From the NCBI GenBank assembly GCA_051531975.1, contig JAOPTT010000013.1, positions 32,001 through 96,000 of the forward strand: 64,000 bases of DNA, in the 5' to 3' direction. Below, piece after piece: positions 1 through 9,896 of the stretch. Position 1 is the first letter of the stretch. Each line of letters opens with the position of its first letter. Below the pieces are notes generated by a model that was not told the DNA's origin, did not search any database, and saw nothing but the letters and a program-made list of their open reading frames with translations. The stretch comes from Spirochaetaceae bacterium (GTDB taxonomy: Bacteria; Spirochaetota; Spirochaetia; DSM-2461). The position numbers and the translations under genes are program-made.

Positions 1-179
1 ACACAAACTCTTGTCTCTTCACAAACATGACAACCACGGCAAAAGTTTATTTCCTTATCTGAAATATTTATTATTTCTGATGTTATTGCAGTTTCATCTA
101 ATGAATTAACAATCTTAGATAATAAGTAGTTAGTATTTCCATCTGCTCTTCCACTTCCATTTAAAAATACAATATTCAT
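1..179 (-). CDS. Iron-sulfur flavoprotein / flavodoxin-like FMN reductase family, N-terminal part (runs off the window edge)
   Basis: Not in the ORF track. Manual translation gives MNIVFLNGSGRADGNTNYLL...INFCRGCHVCEETRVC, with an FMN-binding GSxRxxGNT loop and a CxxCxxCx5C cluster motif. AGGAG lies upstream. Confidence 0.85.
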   Translation of the reverse strand, partial: MNIVFLNGSGRADGNTNYLLSKIVNSLDETAITSEIINISDKEINFCRGCHVCEETRVC

Positions 180-229
180 AAAATCTCCTTTTTAAATATT
201 TGAACTATTTATCACTTTATTTCTACATA

Positions 230-706
230 TCAGGTCTTGGATACATCTCTTTTAATCATAATAACTTCATCAGCTGAATACAGATCTTTAAGAGTAGCAT
301 CAACCTTTACACCTAGTGTTTTCTCATATAGTTTTTGGGCATAATTATCTGCTCTTGTTGTTACTATGATATGTTTTATCTGAGCACCTCTAGTACTTAA
401 TTGTCTTTTTACTTCTAATAACGACTGAGTAATTAAAGCTTCACCAATACCCTTCTTTTGATGTCTTGGACTTACAGCTATCTGCTCAAGCTCTAATACT
501 ACTTCAGGTCTAAAACCACTCTTTTGAGTCCAGTGGATATAACCTAATATTTCTCCCTGATCTTCAGCAACATAATACTGCATTCTAGGGTAAGCTAAAT
601 AATTTCCTTTAATCCATTCAAGGGACATCGTTTGTCTTGAAAAAACTGCTTTATGAATTTCTGAACATGCTATTATATCTAGATCATTCATTTTCTTAAT
701 TATCAT
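230..706 (-). CDS. GNAT family N-acetyltransferase
   Basis: Motif A: IAVSPRHQKKGIGEALI; C-terminal AQKLYEK. Confidence 0.85.
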   Translation of the reverse strand: MIIKKMNDLDIIACSEIHKAVFSRQTMSLEWIKGNYLAYPRMQYYVAEDQGEILGYIHWTQKSGFRPEVVLELEQIAVSPRHQKKGIGEALITQSLLEVKRQLSTRGAQIKHIIVTTRADNYAQKLYEKTLGVKVDATLKDLYSADEVIMIKRDVSKT

Positions 707-723
707 TTAACTTCTCCTTTTAC

Positions 724-1494
724 CTACCAGCTAACTCCACCATCACTACAGAGTAACTGTCCATTAATCCACTCTCCATCTTCTGAACATAAAAATTTAA
801 CTAATTTTGCTGTATCTTGAGGGGTCCCAACCCTATTCTGATAAGTTTTTTCTTTTACAACTTCTTTAAACTCTGGACTCATCCACCCTGTATCATTTGC
901 ACCAGGGTTAATTACATTTGAATTTATTTTAATATCTTTTAATTCTTCTGCTGCAGCTACAACAATTCGATCTAGAGCTCCTTTTGAAGCTCCATAGGGC
1001 ATATTAAAAGCTGTGTGATCGCTAGTCATTGCTATTATACGGCCTGGTATAGATTCATATTTAAACCGTTTTCCATGCTCACGGATTAATAACCAGGAAG
1101 CTTTTGTATTAATAGAAAAGTGTAAGTCAAAGTCCTCTATCGTACTTGTTAAAATACTTTTATCTACAGAATAACAGTGGGAGAGAATTAATGCTGAAAC
1201 CATTCCAATTTCTGATTCAACTTTATCAAAGATCGTTGGAGCTGAATCTGCATTAGAAAGATCTGCTTCGATACAATATATATTTGCCCCATTTAATTTT
1301 ACATGTTCACTGATATATAAAATATCCTCTGGAAGACTTCCCCAGGGCATTGTTTTATCATAAGAGGTCCAGTATGTAAGTGCGATGTCCCATCCGTTTT
1401 TTGAAAGTTCAATTGCACAAGCAGCACCTATTCCATTTTTTCTACTAGCTCCAGTTATTAAAGCTATTGGCCTTTTTGACATATTATTCTCCAT
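724..1494 (-). CDS. SDR family oxidoreductase
   Basis: Rossmann TGASRKNGIG, catalytic YGASK, INPG and C-terminal GQ..SDGG motifs. Confidence 0.9.
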   Translation of the reverse strand: MENNMSKRPIALITGASRKNGIGAACAIELSKNGWDIALTYWTSYDKTMPWGSLPEDILYISEHVKLNGANIYCIEADLSNADSAPTIFDKVESEIGMVSALILSHCYSVDKSILTSTIEDFDLHFSINTKASWLLIREHGKRFKYESIPGRIIAMTSDHTAFNMPYGASKGALDRIVVAAAEELKDIKINSNVINPGANDTGWMSPEFKEVVKEKTYQNRVGTPQDTAKLVKFLCSEDGEWINGQLLCSDGGVSW

Positions 1495-1511
1495 TAATTA
1501 CGTTATGAAAT

Positions 1512-2288
1512 TTATTTCTGAAACAGCAACTCTATTACTTCTCGTTCATCCTTTTCTTTAAATGTCCCACCAGGTAATAAATGAAGTAAGATCTCATTAT
1601 TTTCCCATATTGTACCAATAGGTTCAATTATTTTTATTGCACATGTTTTTAGAATATCAAACTGCCTACTCAGGTCTCCTGAAGAATAAAGCTCTTCTAT
1701 CTGTTTATATAACTTTGGAGATGTCTCTTTTATATGATTTAAATGAGTTTTAACTTTACCTAATTCAAGACCATGAACCCTAGCATAACATTGGAGATAA
1801 AAGTCAAAAGTTGAAAAAATCATATATCTAGAATATAAAGGATCAACTAAAAGTCTATGTTCTAACTTATCCAAGTTATGCCTAAAAACAAATCTGTAAA
1901 AATGTATTTCAAAGTCCGATAGCTCTTTTGAAGGTTTCCAGGTAACTTTTATCTGATCTAACAAACTACTAATACGGTCATTTCTATCAAAAAGAATTGT
2001 GCAATTTAAGTGTACTAAGAGGAAATCCGTTATTGGAGAATCTACTAAAAATTCATTTATAGATAAGATCATACAATCAACAGGTATACCTGCAATATGA
2101 AAATGAACACCGTTTAAATTTGTTGATATTGGTTTATCTAAAATAACTGTTAAATCGTAATCTCCACCAGGGGACATATCATTAGAGGTACGGCCACCAT
2201 ATTCAACGATACCAACGACTTCTGGTCTGCTTTTTAAATGTTCTATATAACTCTCAATATCCTTAAATGAATGACTAAAATCCAACAT
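1512..2288 (-). CDS. Nucleotidyltransferase-fold protein (Pol-beta superfamily)
   Basis: YGG-x9-GDYDL followed by a downstream PVD; helical C-terminal domain. Confidence 0.7.
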   Translation of the reverse strand: MLDFSHSFKDIESYIEHLKSRPEVVGIVEYGGRTSNDMSPGGDYDLTVILDKPISTNLNGVHFHIAGIPVDCMILSINEFLVDSPITDFLLVHLNCTILFDRNDRISSLLDQIKVTWKPSKELSDFEIHFYRFVFRHNLDKLEHRLLVDPLYSRYMIFSTFDFYLQCYARVHGLELGKVKTHLNHIKETSPKLYKQIEELYSSGDLSRQFDILKTCAIKIIEPIGTIWENNEILLHLLPGGTFKEKDEREVIELLFQK

Positions 2289-2306
2289 ATAAACTCCCTA
2301 ATTAAT

Positions 2307-2771
2307 TTAAACTTTAACTAACTCATATACTCCATCACTCTTAGATATTTTAAATTTTTCATTTAAAACATGAGCAGCTTTATTTTCTGATCTCTTGTAA
2401 GACAGGTCCCTATTTTTAATATTTTCTTCTGAGGTTGATATTAAATTTTTTATACTTTTTGAATCCTCAATTATTAAATTTGTTAATCCAAGAGATAGAG
2501 ATAAAACATCTGACAGGCTAGATTTTTGTAAAAGCACATCTTGTAATATTGATTCTGAAGAAATCATAGTATCAAATATATAACCGTTAAACAGAACAGT
2601 TTCCATGGAGAACTTTTCTTTATCTGTCAAAAATAACAGATCAATATCTGATCCTTCTTTAAACTTATTATTAGGAAGAGAACCACAGATAAGTATAGCT
2701 TCAACATTAACAGTTGTTTTTACCTTATCTATATATATAATGATAGTTTTCCATAAATCTAATGTTATCAT
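2307..2771 (-). CDS. Nucleotidyltransferase domain protein (minimal NTase type)
   Basis: CGS-x9-SDIDL motif with a downstream IFD. Confidence 0.75.
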   Translation of the reverse strand: MITLDLWKTIIIYIDKVKTTVNVEAILICGSLPNNKFKEGSDIDLLFLTDKEKFSMETVLFNGYIFDTMISSESILQDVLLQKSSLSDVLSLSLGLTNLIIEDSKSIKNLISTSEENIKNRDLSYKRSENKAAHVLNEKFKISKSDGVYELVKV

Positions 2772-2797
2772 TTGGCCTCTTTATTACTTTTTTATTT

Positions 2798-3610
2798 TTA
2801 TAATTTAAACTCATATAGTTTATATTCATAATCAAATTCAAATCCAACTTTTTCAGCAATACGAATTGAATGTTTTATGTCAGACATTGCTTCCCATTCA
2901 GGTTTTAAACTATTTTTTTGACAATAATATACAAATCTATGTGCTATTGCTGCTCCTATACCTCTGTTTTGATGGTCTTTAACTGTTTCTATGTATATTT
3001 CAACTCTAGAATCAACAATGCAAACAGAATAACTCCAGCCACAGATTGTATTGTCTTTTAAAGCAACAAAACCACAACCTTTATCTATGAAACTATCTAG
3101 GGAATCCCACCAAGTTAAGATATCATCTGTTAATATTGAAATGTTTTTTATAGGACTATTTTTAAGTAGTTCTGTAGTTATCTCTTTAACTTCATATCCT
3201 TCACCTAGCGTGGGTACAGAATTATCTATCTCTTTTAATTTATAACGAAGTACTGAACAGGTATCAAAGTCTCTGTTACTTAATATTACTTTAATGGAAC
3301 TGTTCCAAGCTGGATTACTTCCAGTTACACTAAAGTACTCTTCATCTTCTTTTATTAATTTAGTTAAAATTAAACTATCAAGGCTATCTTTTACTGATCT
3401 GTTAAATTCATCATTTTCGCTATCGCCAACTAAAGTTCCACCTAGCTTTTTCATGTAAACAAATGCACTTGTTGGGTTCTCTGGGTCATCTGCAAATATC
3501 CAACCAGGGTTATTACCATCACAAACACAGCTTGGGAAAATCCCATGACTAAAATCCCCTACTAGCTCTTTTACTTTGTAATAATTCTTTTGTTCAATAA
3601 GGTGAATCAT
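2798..3610 (-). CDS. GNAT family acetyltransferase (long type, C-terminal GNAT domain)
   Basis: IETVKDHQNRGIG, PEWE and SIRIAEKVGF motifs. Confidence 0.85.
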   Translation of the reverse strand: MIHLIEQKNYYKVKELVGDFSHGIFPSCVCDGNNPGWIFADDPENPTSAFVYMKKLGGTLVGDSENDEFNRSVKDSLDSLILTKLIKEDEEYFSVTGSNPAWNSSIKVILSNRDFDTCSVLRYKLKEIDNSVPTLGEGYEVKEITTELLKNSPIKNISILTDDILTWWDSLDSFIDKGCGFVALKDNTICGWSYSVCIVDSRVEIYIETVKDHQNRGIGAAIAHRFVYYCQKNSLKPEWEAMSDIKHSIRIAEKVGFEFDYEYKLYEFKL

Positions 3611-3630
3611 AACGCTTCCTCAGAAATTAT

Positions 3631-4245
3631 TTATTGTGGTTTTTGAAATATTGCTAAAAATACTGGGAACTCTTTTTCCACCCCATCAACAAGGTTTTTA
3701 TTAATGTATGGGGATGAAATAGAAATTTTTTTTAGTCTATAAGTGGTTAAGATCTGTTCTATTTTTTGAGTATCAAATCCATTATGAGGAACAACTTCTT
3801 CTGGATGAAAGGAGCCATCCTCTGTCTCTAAATCAGAGATACATAAATATCCACCAGGAAGTAGTGATTTACACAGTTTATCTAATACCTTCTGGTAGTT
3901 TTCTATATGGTGAAGAGCTTGCAATGAGACGATAAAATCATATTTATCCTCAAGATCATTTTTTGTAATATCTAAAACTAATGTTGATATTTTATTTGTG
4001 GGCTGGCTAGTTGTTTTATCTTTAACTTGCTCTATCATTCCTGGAGAAATATCTAAAAATGTAAACTCCTTAGATTTTTCAACAAAGTGTAAACCAAGTA
4101 GACCAGTACCACATCCAAAATCTAAACCTATGTAGTCAGTTTTGAGTCTAACTTTTGATTGTATTGTCTTGGCAATTGTTTTTGCTCTAACTACCCTATA
4201 GTCTTTTTCATCCCATGTTAGGGACTCTTTATCAAAATAATCCAT
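3631..4245 (-). CDS. Class I SAM-dependent methyltransferase
   Basis: LDFGCGTG, LDIS, YDFIVS..ALHH and LLPGG motifs. Confidence 0.9.
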   Translation of the reverse strand: MDYFDKESLTWDEKDYRVVRAKTIAKTIQSKVRLKTDYIGLDFGCGTGLLGLHFVEKSKEFTFLDISPGMIEQVKDKTTSQPTNKISTLVLDITKNDLEDKYDFIVSLQALHHIENYQKVLDKLCKSLLPGGYLCISDLETEDGSFHPEEVVPHNGFDTQKIEQILTTYRLKKISISSPYINKNLVDGVEKEFPVFLAIFQKPQ

Positions 4246-4451
4246 TAAATCTCCAAGATTTTTAAATACTTTAAACTATATTTATGAATACTACACTTTA
4301 AATATTACTATGTCATTCCAAAAAATATGTTTGTATCTGAGCGTATTACACCTTAATACCTGCTAGTAAAAGTATATTAAACTCTACATATTAGCTTTTT
4401 TTAATATTAATTTCCTATTAATCAACTATAATTAAATTGGAGTGCGTTAAT

Positions 4452-5117
4452 ATGAGAATCTATATTTGTTTAATGTTATTGTTTTTCGTGAATAATATAT
4501 TTGCAGAGACTATTGTTATAAGTCTAGGTATACCTGAAGGTCATCCTGTATTCCAAGGTCAACTTATCTATTATGAAGACATCGCCTCTAAAATTCCAGG
4601 ATTGGATATAGAGCTTGTTTCATTACCCCTGGAGCGTTGTAGAATCAATCTAATAAATGGTAAAACAGGTGGCGATTCCGCTAGAACAGATTTTGTCTAT
4701 GCTGATAATGAATCAATTATAAGGGTGAACGAACCAATTTTTACTTCAGAATATATTGCTTATACAGGAGCTAGAAATAGTAACCTTAAAGGTCCTCTGG
4801 ATTTAAAAAAGCTTTCAATTGTTGGAATAAGAGGCGATGTTGCCTTAATGAATTATCAAAAAGAAAATAATCTTAAAATACTTTATGTTAATAATTCTGA
4901 GCAGGGCTTTAATATGGTAGGTAACGGTAGAGTTGATATTTTTATAGCACCAAGGGCTTACATAGCATATTTATCATTGGATATATACAAAGGTTTTAAT
5001 ATTAACGTTATAGAACCACCTGTATTTTTTACAAATATGTATCTCTTCCTAAATATTAAATATCAAAAATATGCAAAAGACTTTGAGAAAATAATATACG
5101 AGATTAATAATCCCTAG
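4452..5117 (+). CDS. Periplasmic substrate-binding protein (family 3-like), no adjacent transporter
   Basis: Signal peptide; P..R and GRVDIFI motifs. Start moved to ATG 4452, which has GGAG upstream. Confidence 0.7.
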   Translation: MRIYICLMLLFFVNNIFAETIVISLGIPEGHPVFQGQLIYYEDIASKIPGLDIELVSLPLERCRINLINGKTGGDSARTDFVYADNESIIRVNEPIFTSEYIAYTGARNSNLKGPLDLKKLSIVGIRGDVALMNYQKENNLKILYVNNSEQGFNMVGNGRVDIFIAPRAYIAYLSLDIYKGFNINVIEPPVFFTNMYLFLNIKYQKYAKDFEKIIYEINNP

Positions 5118-5461
5118 TGAATTTGTAGATGATTTAATGGAGCCCATCCCCAGGCATCAGGACTGTTTTCTTTTACAGCCCAAATCCAGCCGTTTAGTTC
5201 TCTTTTAGATAATAATATTTCATCTATGAATAAGCAGTGCTCTTTTGCAGTGTACTCTTCCAATGAAATAACGGTGTTTCCTTCAACATTAAGTATTTGT
5301 TTAGGAATCCATCCCTCTTTATTATCACCAGTACATAAGATCCAGTTAGGCCAATCTCCATTAGGATCAGATTCCTCTATAAATTCTAAGACTTCACCTT
5401 TAATTATTTCAATAGGTTTATCAGGTATATCATTATATTTTTTTATTACTTTGTATTTCAT
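5114..5461 (-). CDS. Tandem SH3-domain protein
   Basis: Two SH3-like units ending in EGWIP and WGWAP. Confidence 0.8.
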   Translation of the reverse strand: MKYKVIKKYNDIPDKPIEIIKGEVLEFIEESDPNGDWPNWILCTGDNKEGWIPKQILNVEGNTVISLEEYTAKEHCLFIDEILLSKRELNGWIWAVKENSPDAWGWAPLNHLQIH

Positions 5462-5641
5462 CTATTTTCTGTATCTAATTCTATTTATTTTTTTTACTTC
5501 TAATAGCAGATTGGTTCTCTTTGTCTCTAATTTTAACCATTTATCATCTATACCTAAAACAATTCCTCTATCTGGGTTTGTTAGATAGGACATTATTCCA
5601 CTGTATACATATACTTCTTTACCAATAACTTCATTTAACAT
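5462..5641 (-). CDS. Small 59-aa protein, possible Sm/LSm-like beta-barrel
   Basis: Not in the ORF track: MLNEVIGKEVYVYSGIMSYLTNPDRGIVLGIDDKWLKLETKRTNLLLEVKKINRIRYRK. AAGGA lies upstream and the stop codon abuts the ATG of the SH3 gene. Confidence 0.7.
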   Translation of the reverse strand: MLNEVIGKEVYVYSGIMSYLTNPDRGIVLGIDDKWLKLETKRTNLLLEVKKINRIRYRK

Positions 5642-5672
5642 TTTAAGATCCTTTTATATTCATTTTCTAATT

Positions 5673-6191
5673 TTACATTTTTGTTATGATGGAGAGGTAT
5701 TCTCTAACTGTTTCACCCATCACTTCCTTATCGAAGTATTTTTTAAAATTCATTCCAATCTTCTCTGCGACTTTTTGTGACGGTATATTATTATGATGTG
5801 TATAAGAATAAATTGAACTGTAGTTTAAGTTATTAAACCCATAATCGATACATGCTTTTGCAGCCTCAGTTGCATAACCATTGCCACAAAATTCTTTTTT
5901 TATATGGTAACCAATTTCTGGTAATAGTTCACCTTCAATTTCCTGCATAGTTATTCCACAATCACCTAAAAAGATATTTCTATCTTTAAGGATAACAGCC
6001 CAAAGCCCATGTTTATACTTTTTATAGTTATTGATGCTCCAATCTATCCAGCTCTCAACATTTTTATCATTAAAAGGTTCTGGATAATATTTCATTGAAT
6101 CTGGATCACATAATATGTGTGATAATTCTTCTTTATCAGCTTTAACCAACTCTCTTAAAATAAGTCGCTTTGTCTCAAGTATAACTTTCAA
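5673..6191 (-). CDS. RimJ/RimL-family GNAT acetyltransferase
   Basis: LETKRLILR, EIGY, GNGYATEA and NIPSQKVAEKIG motifs. Confidence 0.9.
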   Translation of the reverse strand: MKVILETKRLILRELVKADKEELSHILCDPDSMKYYPEPFNDKNVESWIDWSINNYKKYKHGLWAVILKDRNIFLGDCGITMQEIEGELLPEIGYHIKKEFCGNGYATEAAKACIDYGFNNLNYSSIYSYTHHNNIPSQKVAEKIGMNFKKYFDKEVMGETVREYLSIITKM

Positions 6192-6200
6192 AAAATACTC

Positions 6201-6653
6201 CTATATTGATTTATCAACCCAAATTGTTTTTGATAATTCATAACCTAACTTAGTATAAAAGTGCTGTGCTACTTTATTATTTTCCCCTGTCGAACATGCC
6301 ATATAAACAAGATTATTTGATTTACACCATAGTTCAACATAAGATATAAGTTTATTCCCATAACCACATTTCCTATAATCTTCATCTATAAATAGTTCAT
6401 TAATCCAGATATAGTCTCCACCTGATTCTAGTCCGGAGTTGATATTACAGAAAACAAAACCTATATTTTTGTCAACTTCTAGTATAAATAAAACAGATCT
6501 ACTTCTAGGGGATAAAGCATTTTTCAAAGATTTTATAATATCATCTGAACTTTTATTTACACCATAAGATTCAAACTGTTTTTTAATTAACATAGTTATA
6601 CTTTCTACATTCTCAATTTTACTAAAATCATCTATCGGATATATTTTAAACAC
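6201..6653 (-). CDS. GNAT family N-acetyltransferase
   Basis: INELFIDEDYRKCGYG and AQHFYTKLGY motifs. Confidence 0.85.
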   Translation of the reverse strand: MFKIYPIDDFSKIENVESITMLIKKQFESYGVNKSSDDIIKSLKNALSPRSRSVLFILEVDKNIGFVFCNINSGLESGGDYIWINELFIDEDYRKCGYGNKLISYVELWCKSNNLVYMACSTGENNKVAQHFYTKLGYELSKTIWVDKSI

Positions 6654-6808
6654 TATATGACCTCTTATTTCTTCTCTATTAAATACTAAACTATAAATTA
6701 ATAGGTGTCAGTTACAAAAAATTGGTTTTAACATAGAAGAAATTAAGATATAAATGACTATTGTTATGTATTAAAAGTATATAATATAGGTAAAAGGAGT
6801 ACCGTTTT

Positions 6809-7552
6809 ATGAAACCTGTAATAGGATTAACCGCATTTACTGAACCAACACCACAAAAGAAAAGGGTAAATGTTAGTTATCACTATATAGAATCAATAGA
6901 GATGGTAGGAGGTATTCCAATTGTTATACCTGAGTGTCGTCATACTGAAATGGCTTATGTATATCTTGATAGAATAGATGCTCTGATCATTTCAGGTGGA
7001 GTTGATGTATCTCCATACTTATATGGTGAAAACCCTATTAAAGAAGTTGATTATTTCTCTGTTGAAAGAGACCACTTTGAAATAGCCCTGGTTAAAGGTG
7101 CTTTAGAAAAAGGTATTCCAGTATTTGGTATTTGTCGTGGTATTCAGATTATAAATGTTGCTCTTGGTGGTACTTTATATCAAGATATATTTGTACAAAC
7201 AGAGGCTGCTTTGGGGCATAACCCTATTTCAATGCCTGTGGACAGATTATATCATAATGTTATTGTTGAAGATGGTTCTGCCCTTAGAACTTTATTTAAA
7301 AACAAGTCATTTCTTGTAAACTCTTTCCACCATCAAGCTATAAAGGAATTTGGTACAGATGTTATTGCTACTGCATATTCAGAGGATAGAATTGTTGAAG
7401 CTATAGAGATTAAAAACAACAAATTTGTTTATGGTGTTCAGTGGCACCCAGAAGATTTAACAATGGTATACCCTGAATTCAAAGCACTATTTCAGCACTT
7501 AATAGATCTTGCTCTAGAAAAGAAAGGTCTGCCACCTATGTATTATATTTAA
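6809..7552 (+). CDS. Gamma-glutamyl-gamma-aminobutyrate hydrolase family (peptidase C26, PuuD-like)
   Basis: SGG.D, GICRG nucleophile, VNSFHHQA and GVQWHPE motifs. Confidence 0.9.
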   Translation: MKPVIGLTAFTEPTPQKKRVNVSYHYIESIEMVGGIPIVIPECRHTEMAYVYLDRIDALIISGGVDVSPYLYGENPIKEVDYFSVERDHFEIALVKGALEKGIPVFGICRGIQIINVALGGTLYQDIFVQTEAALGHNPISMPVDRLYHNVIVEDGSALRTLFKNKSFLVNSFHHQAIKEFGTDVIATAYSEDRIVEAIEIKNNKFVYGVQWHPEDLTMVYPEFKALFQHLIDLALEKKGLPPMYYI

Positions 7553-7565
7553 TGTTACAGATGAC

Positions 7566-7961
7566 CTATCGTGTATATCTTAATAACAGTGAAGTTCTTG
7601 TTTCAAAACCTAACTTTTTATAGAAACCAGTAATGCCCTCAGGACAATATAACTCCATATGTCCAACATCTATTAAACTTTCATGGTTCATTAGCGAATT
7701 CATTATCTGTTTCCCAATACCTCTGTTTTGGTAATCTTCATGAACAATGACATCAAAGATGAAAGCTTTATAAATACCATCAGAAATAACCCTGCAGAAT
7801 CCTATAAGCTGGTCATTTTCAACAAATGCTAAAGTTAGGTATGAGTTTTTAAGCATAATATTTATATCGTTAATGGTTCTATTTGGTGTGAACCATGTCT
7901 TAGAATATAATTTTGATAATTGGTTGATAAGATCTTCATTTAATCTCTCTATAATGTTCAT
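7566..7961 (-). CDS. GNAT family N-acetyltransferase
   Basis: DVIVHEDYQNRGIG and GFYKKLGF motifs. Confidence 0.9.
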   Translation of the reverse strand: MNIIERLNEDLINQLSKLYSKTWFTPNRTINDINIMLKNSYLTLAFVENDQLIGFCRVISDGIYKAFIFDVIVHEDYQNRGIGKQIMNSLMNHESLIDVGHMELYCPEGITGFYKKLGFETRTSLLLRYTR

Positions 7962-8051
7962 TTTAACTCCACTAATATGTATGCTCTTACATTCTTGAGA
8001 ATATTTTAGAAATTGGAATGTAATATTTATGTTCCATGATATTAAATAATA

Positions 8052-8396
8052 TCAGTACTTATACAACAAGAATCCAATAACTATTTGAATTATCCCAGAT
8101 GATAATAGGGCGATAATTAAAGGGATTTTTGAACTATAATCATCTTTATTATTAATCACACTTTGCTGATGATCACTAAAGGAAGTAGAGTTTACATGTA
8201 TAACACTGTTTGTATTCATTGATCCATTTTGGAAAAACCAAAATCCAGATATCGTGCAAACAAATCCAGGAATCATCATAAATTGTATTTTGTATGTAAA
8301 CCATCCAGCTAATTCATAATCTATAAACCAATAAATTAATGTTATTAACATTGAAATAATAGTTGCAATAACAAAATATTTTAAAAATCTTTTCAA
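8052..8396 (-). CDS. Hypothetical membrane protein (about 3 TM helices)
   Basis: Three hydrophobic segments; AGGAG upstream of the TTG start. Confidence 0.65.
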   Translation of the reverse strand: MKRFLKYFVIATIISMLITLIYWFIDYELAGWFTYKIQFMMIPGFVCTISGFWFFQNGSMNTNSVIHVNSTSFSDHQQSVINNKDDYSSKIPLIIALLSSGIIQIVIGFLLYKY

Positions 8397-8414
8397 TTTT
8401 TTCTCCTGATACTT

Positions 8415-8912
8415 TTAAATTTTATTTTTTTTTGTGTCATCCCAAAATGTTGGAATACTCTCTTCCCCATCATAATAATCAACATTTGTTTCTTGTTTGT
8501 ATATTTGCCCTTCTCCAGCATTAATTTTATTAGAATCTGGATAAAAACAGATATCAGCATCACTTTTTGAAGCTACACCTAAATACCTCACAGGTCTTGA
8601 AGAGTGATTATACAGTTGGTGAGCACCATCTTTAGAATTTTTAATAAAAGCCATATCCCCTTTTAATAAAATACTAGATTCATTGTTTTGTCTCAAAGTT
8701 ACTTCTCCATCTATAATGATATAGATTTCTTCATCATCAGAATGGTAATGATATGGGTAGGAAAGTTGTCCTGGTTCTAAAACTTTAACATCAAACCCCA
8801 ATTTATTAGCACCAAATGTTGAAGAATCAACTACAGATGTTTTTATGTTATAATGGGACACTTTACTATTTTTTGATTTAACTTCTAAACTACTTAGATT
8901 AAGAATATCCAT
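8415..8912 (-). CDS. Cupin domain protein
   Basis: PGQLSYPYHYHSDDEE...GD...AHQLYN cupin motifs; YPDS. Confidence 0.9.
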   Translation of the reverse strand: MDILNLSSLEVKSKNSKVSHYNIKTSVVDSSTFGANKLGFDVKVLEPGQLSYPYHYHSDDEEIYIIIDGEVTLRQNNESSILLKGDMAFIKNSKDGAHQLYNHSSRPVRYLGVASKSDADICFYPDSNKINAGEGQIYKQETNVDYYDGEESIPTFWDDTKKNKI

Positions 8913-8981
8913 ATTAACTCCTTTGATTGAGTTTAAATCAATATCTATATTGGTACAATTATTTTTTAATATTCATAAACG

Positions 8982-9875
8982 TTAGATTTTCTCTTTAAGA
9001 AACGTTCGTCCTAAAGCTCCAAAGATTATCATACCCGCTCCGATTAAAAATGTTATTCCTGGTCTTTCCTGATATAAAATTATTCCCCAAAACATTGCAA
9101 ATATTACTTCCAGATATGCAAGCTGAGACGCTACACTGGCAGGAAGATCTTTTAGTCCTTTAAAGTATAAAGTAAACCCAAAAACACCTACAATTAGCCC
9201 GTTAATAGATGCAATACCTATACCACTAAGGGTCATTGGAACAAGATCTTCTCCAATATTGAAAAATAGCTTTATGATTATAGCAATAAAAAATATAGGG
9301 ACACCTACCAAGTTCTGGAAATAAGTGATCTCATAATGGTTTCTATCTTTTCCCTGGGATTTAAATATTACAAATGTTATTGAATATACAAAAGCACTAC
9401 AAATCATAATGGACATCCCTAATAGGTCGGACATTATTAGATTCTCACTTTTAAGGTTATCAAGATAAATAACTATAATTCCAGAAAATGAAACTAACAT
9501 TAGAAAGATTTTTACTAATGAAATTTTTTCCCTTCTTAAAATAATATTAATTATCAAGGCAAAGATAGGCCAGATATATACCATTATAATTGCTTTACTT
9601 ATATCAGTTAAAAGTAATCCCTGAAAGAATAAAAGAATACGTAGTGCATTTAAAAAAGAAGCAATATAAAGACTTTTATTTCCTTTATATGACAAGACTT
9701 TTTTATTTTTTTTTACTTTATTCAAAGTCATTAGAAAAATAATTGGTATTAATGATCTGAAGAATGCCAGAACAAAGAGATCCTGACCAGATAATTTTGT
9801 CCATATACCTGAAGTTGAAAAAAAGGCTGTAGCAAGAACGATTCCCATAATTGGTATTATTTTATTGTTTTGCAT
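8982..9875 (-). CDS. EamA/DMT family transporter
   Basis: About 10 TM helices in two repeats; P.F and EVIFA motifs. Confidence 0.9.
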   Translation of the reverse strand: MQNNKIIPIMGIVLATAFFSTSGIWTKLSGQDLFVLAFFRSLIPIIFLMTLNKVKKNKKVLSYKGNKSLYIASFLNALRILLFFQGLLLTDISKAIIMVYIWPIFALIINIILRREKISLVKIFLMLVSFSGIIVIYLDNLKSENLIMSDLLGMSIMICSAFVYSITFVIFKSQGKDRNHYEITYFQNLVGVPIFFIAIIIKLFFNIGEDLVPMTLSGIGIASINGLIVGVFGFTLYFKGLKDLPASVASQLAYLEVIFAMFWGIILYQERPGITFLIGAGMIIFGALGRTFLKEKI

Positions 9876-9896
9876 TAGTTATATTTATTTTAATCT

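Noticed and set aside
1512..2771. CBASS cyclase or MNT-HEPN toxin-antitoxin system
   Set aside because: No Cap effector or RxxxxH HEPN gene is adjacent, and the proteins are short for CD-NTases
180..9875. Integron cassette array
   Set aside because: Spacers are mostly too short and show no attC-type RYYYAAC...GTTRRRY inverted structure; no integrase in the window
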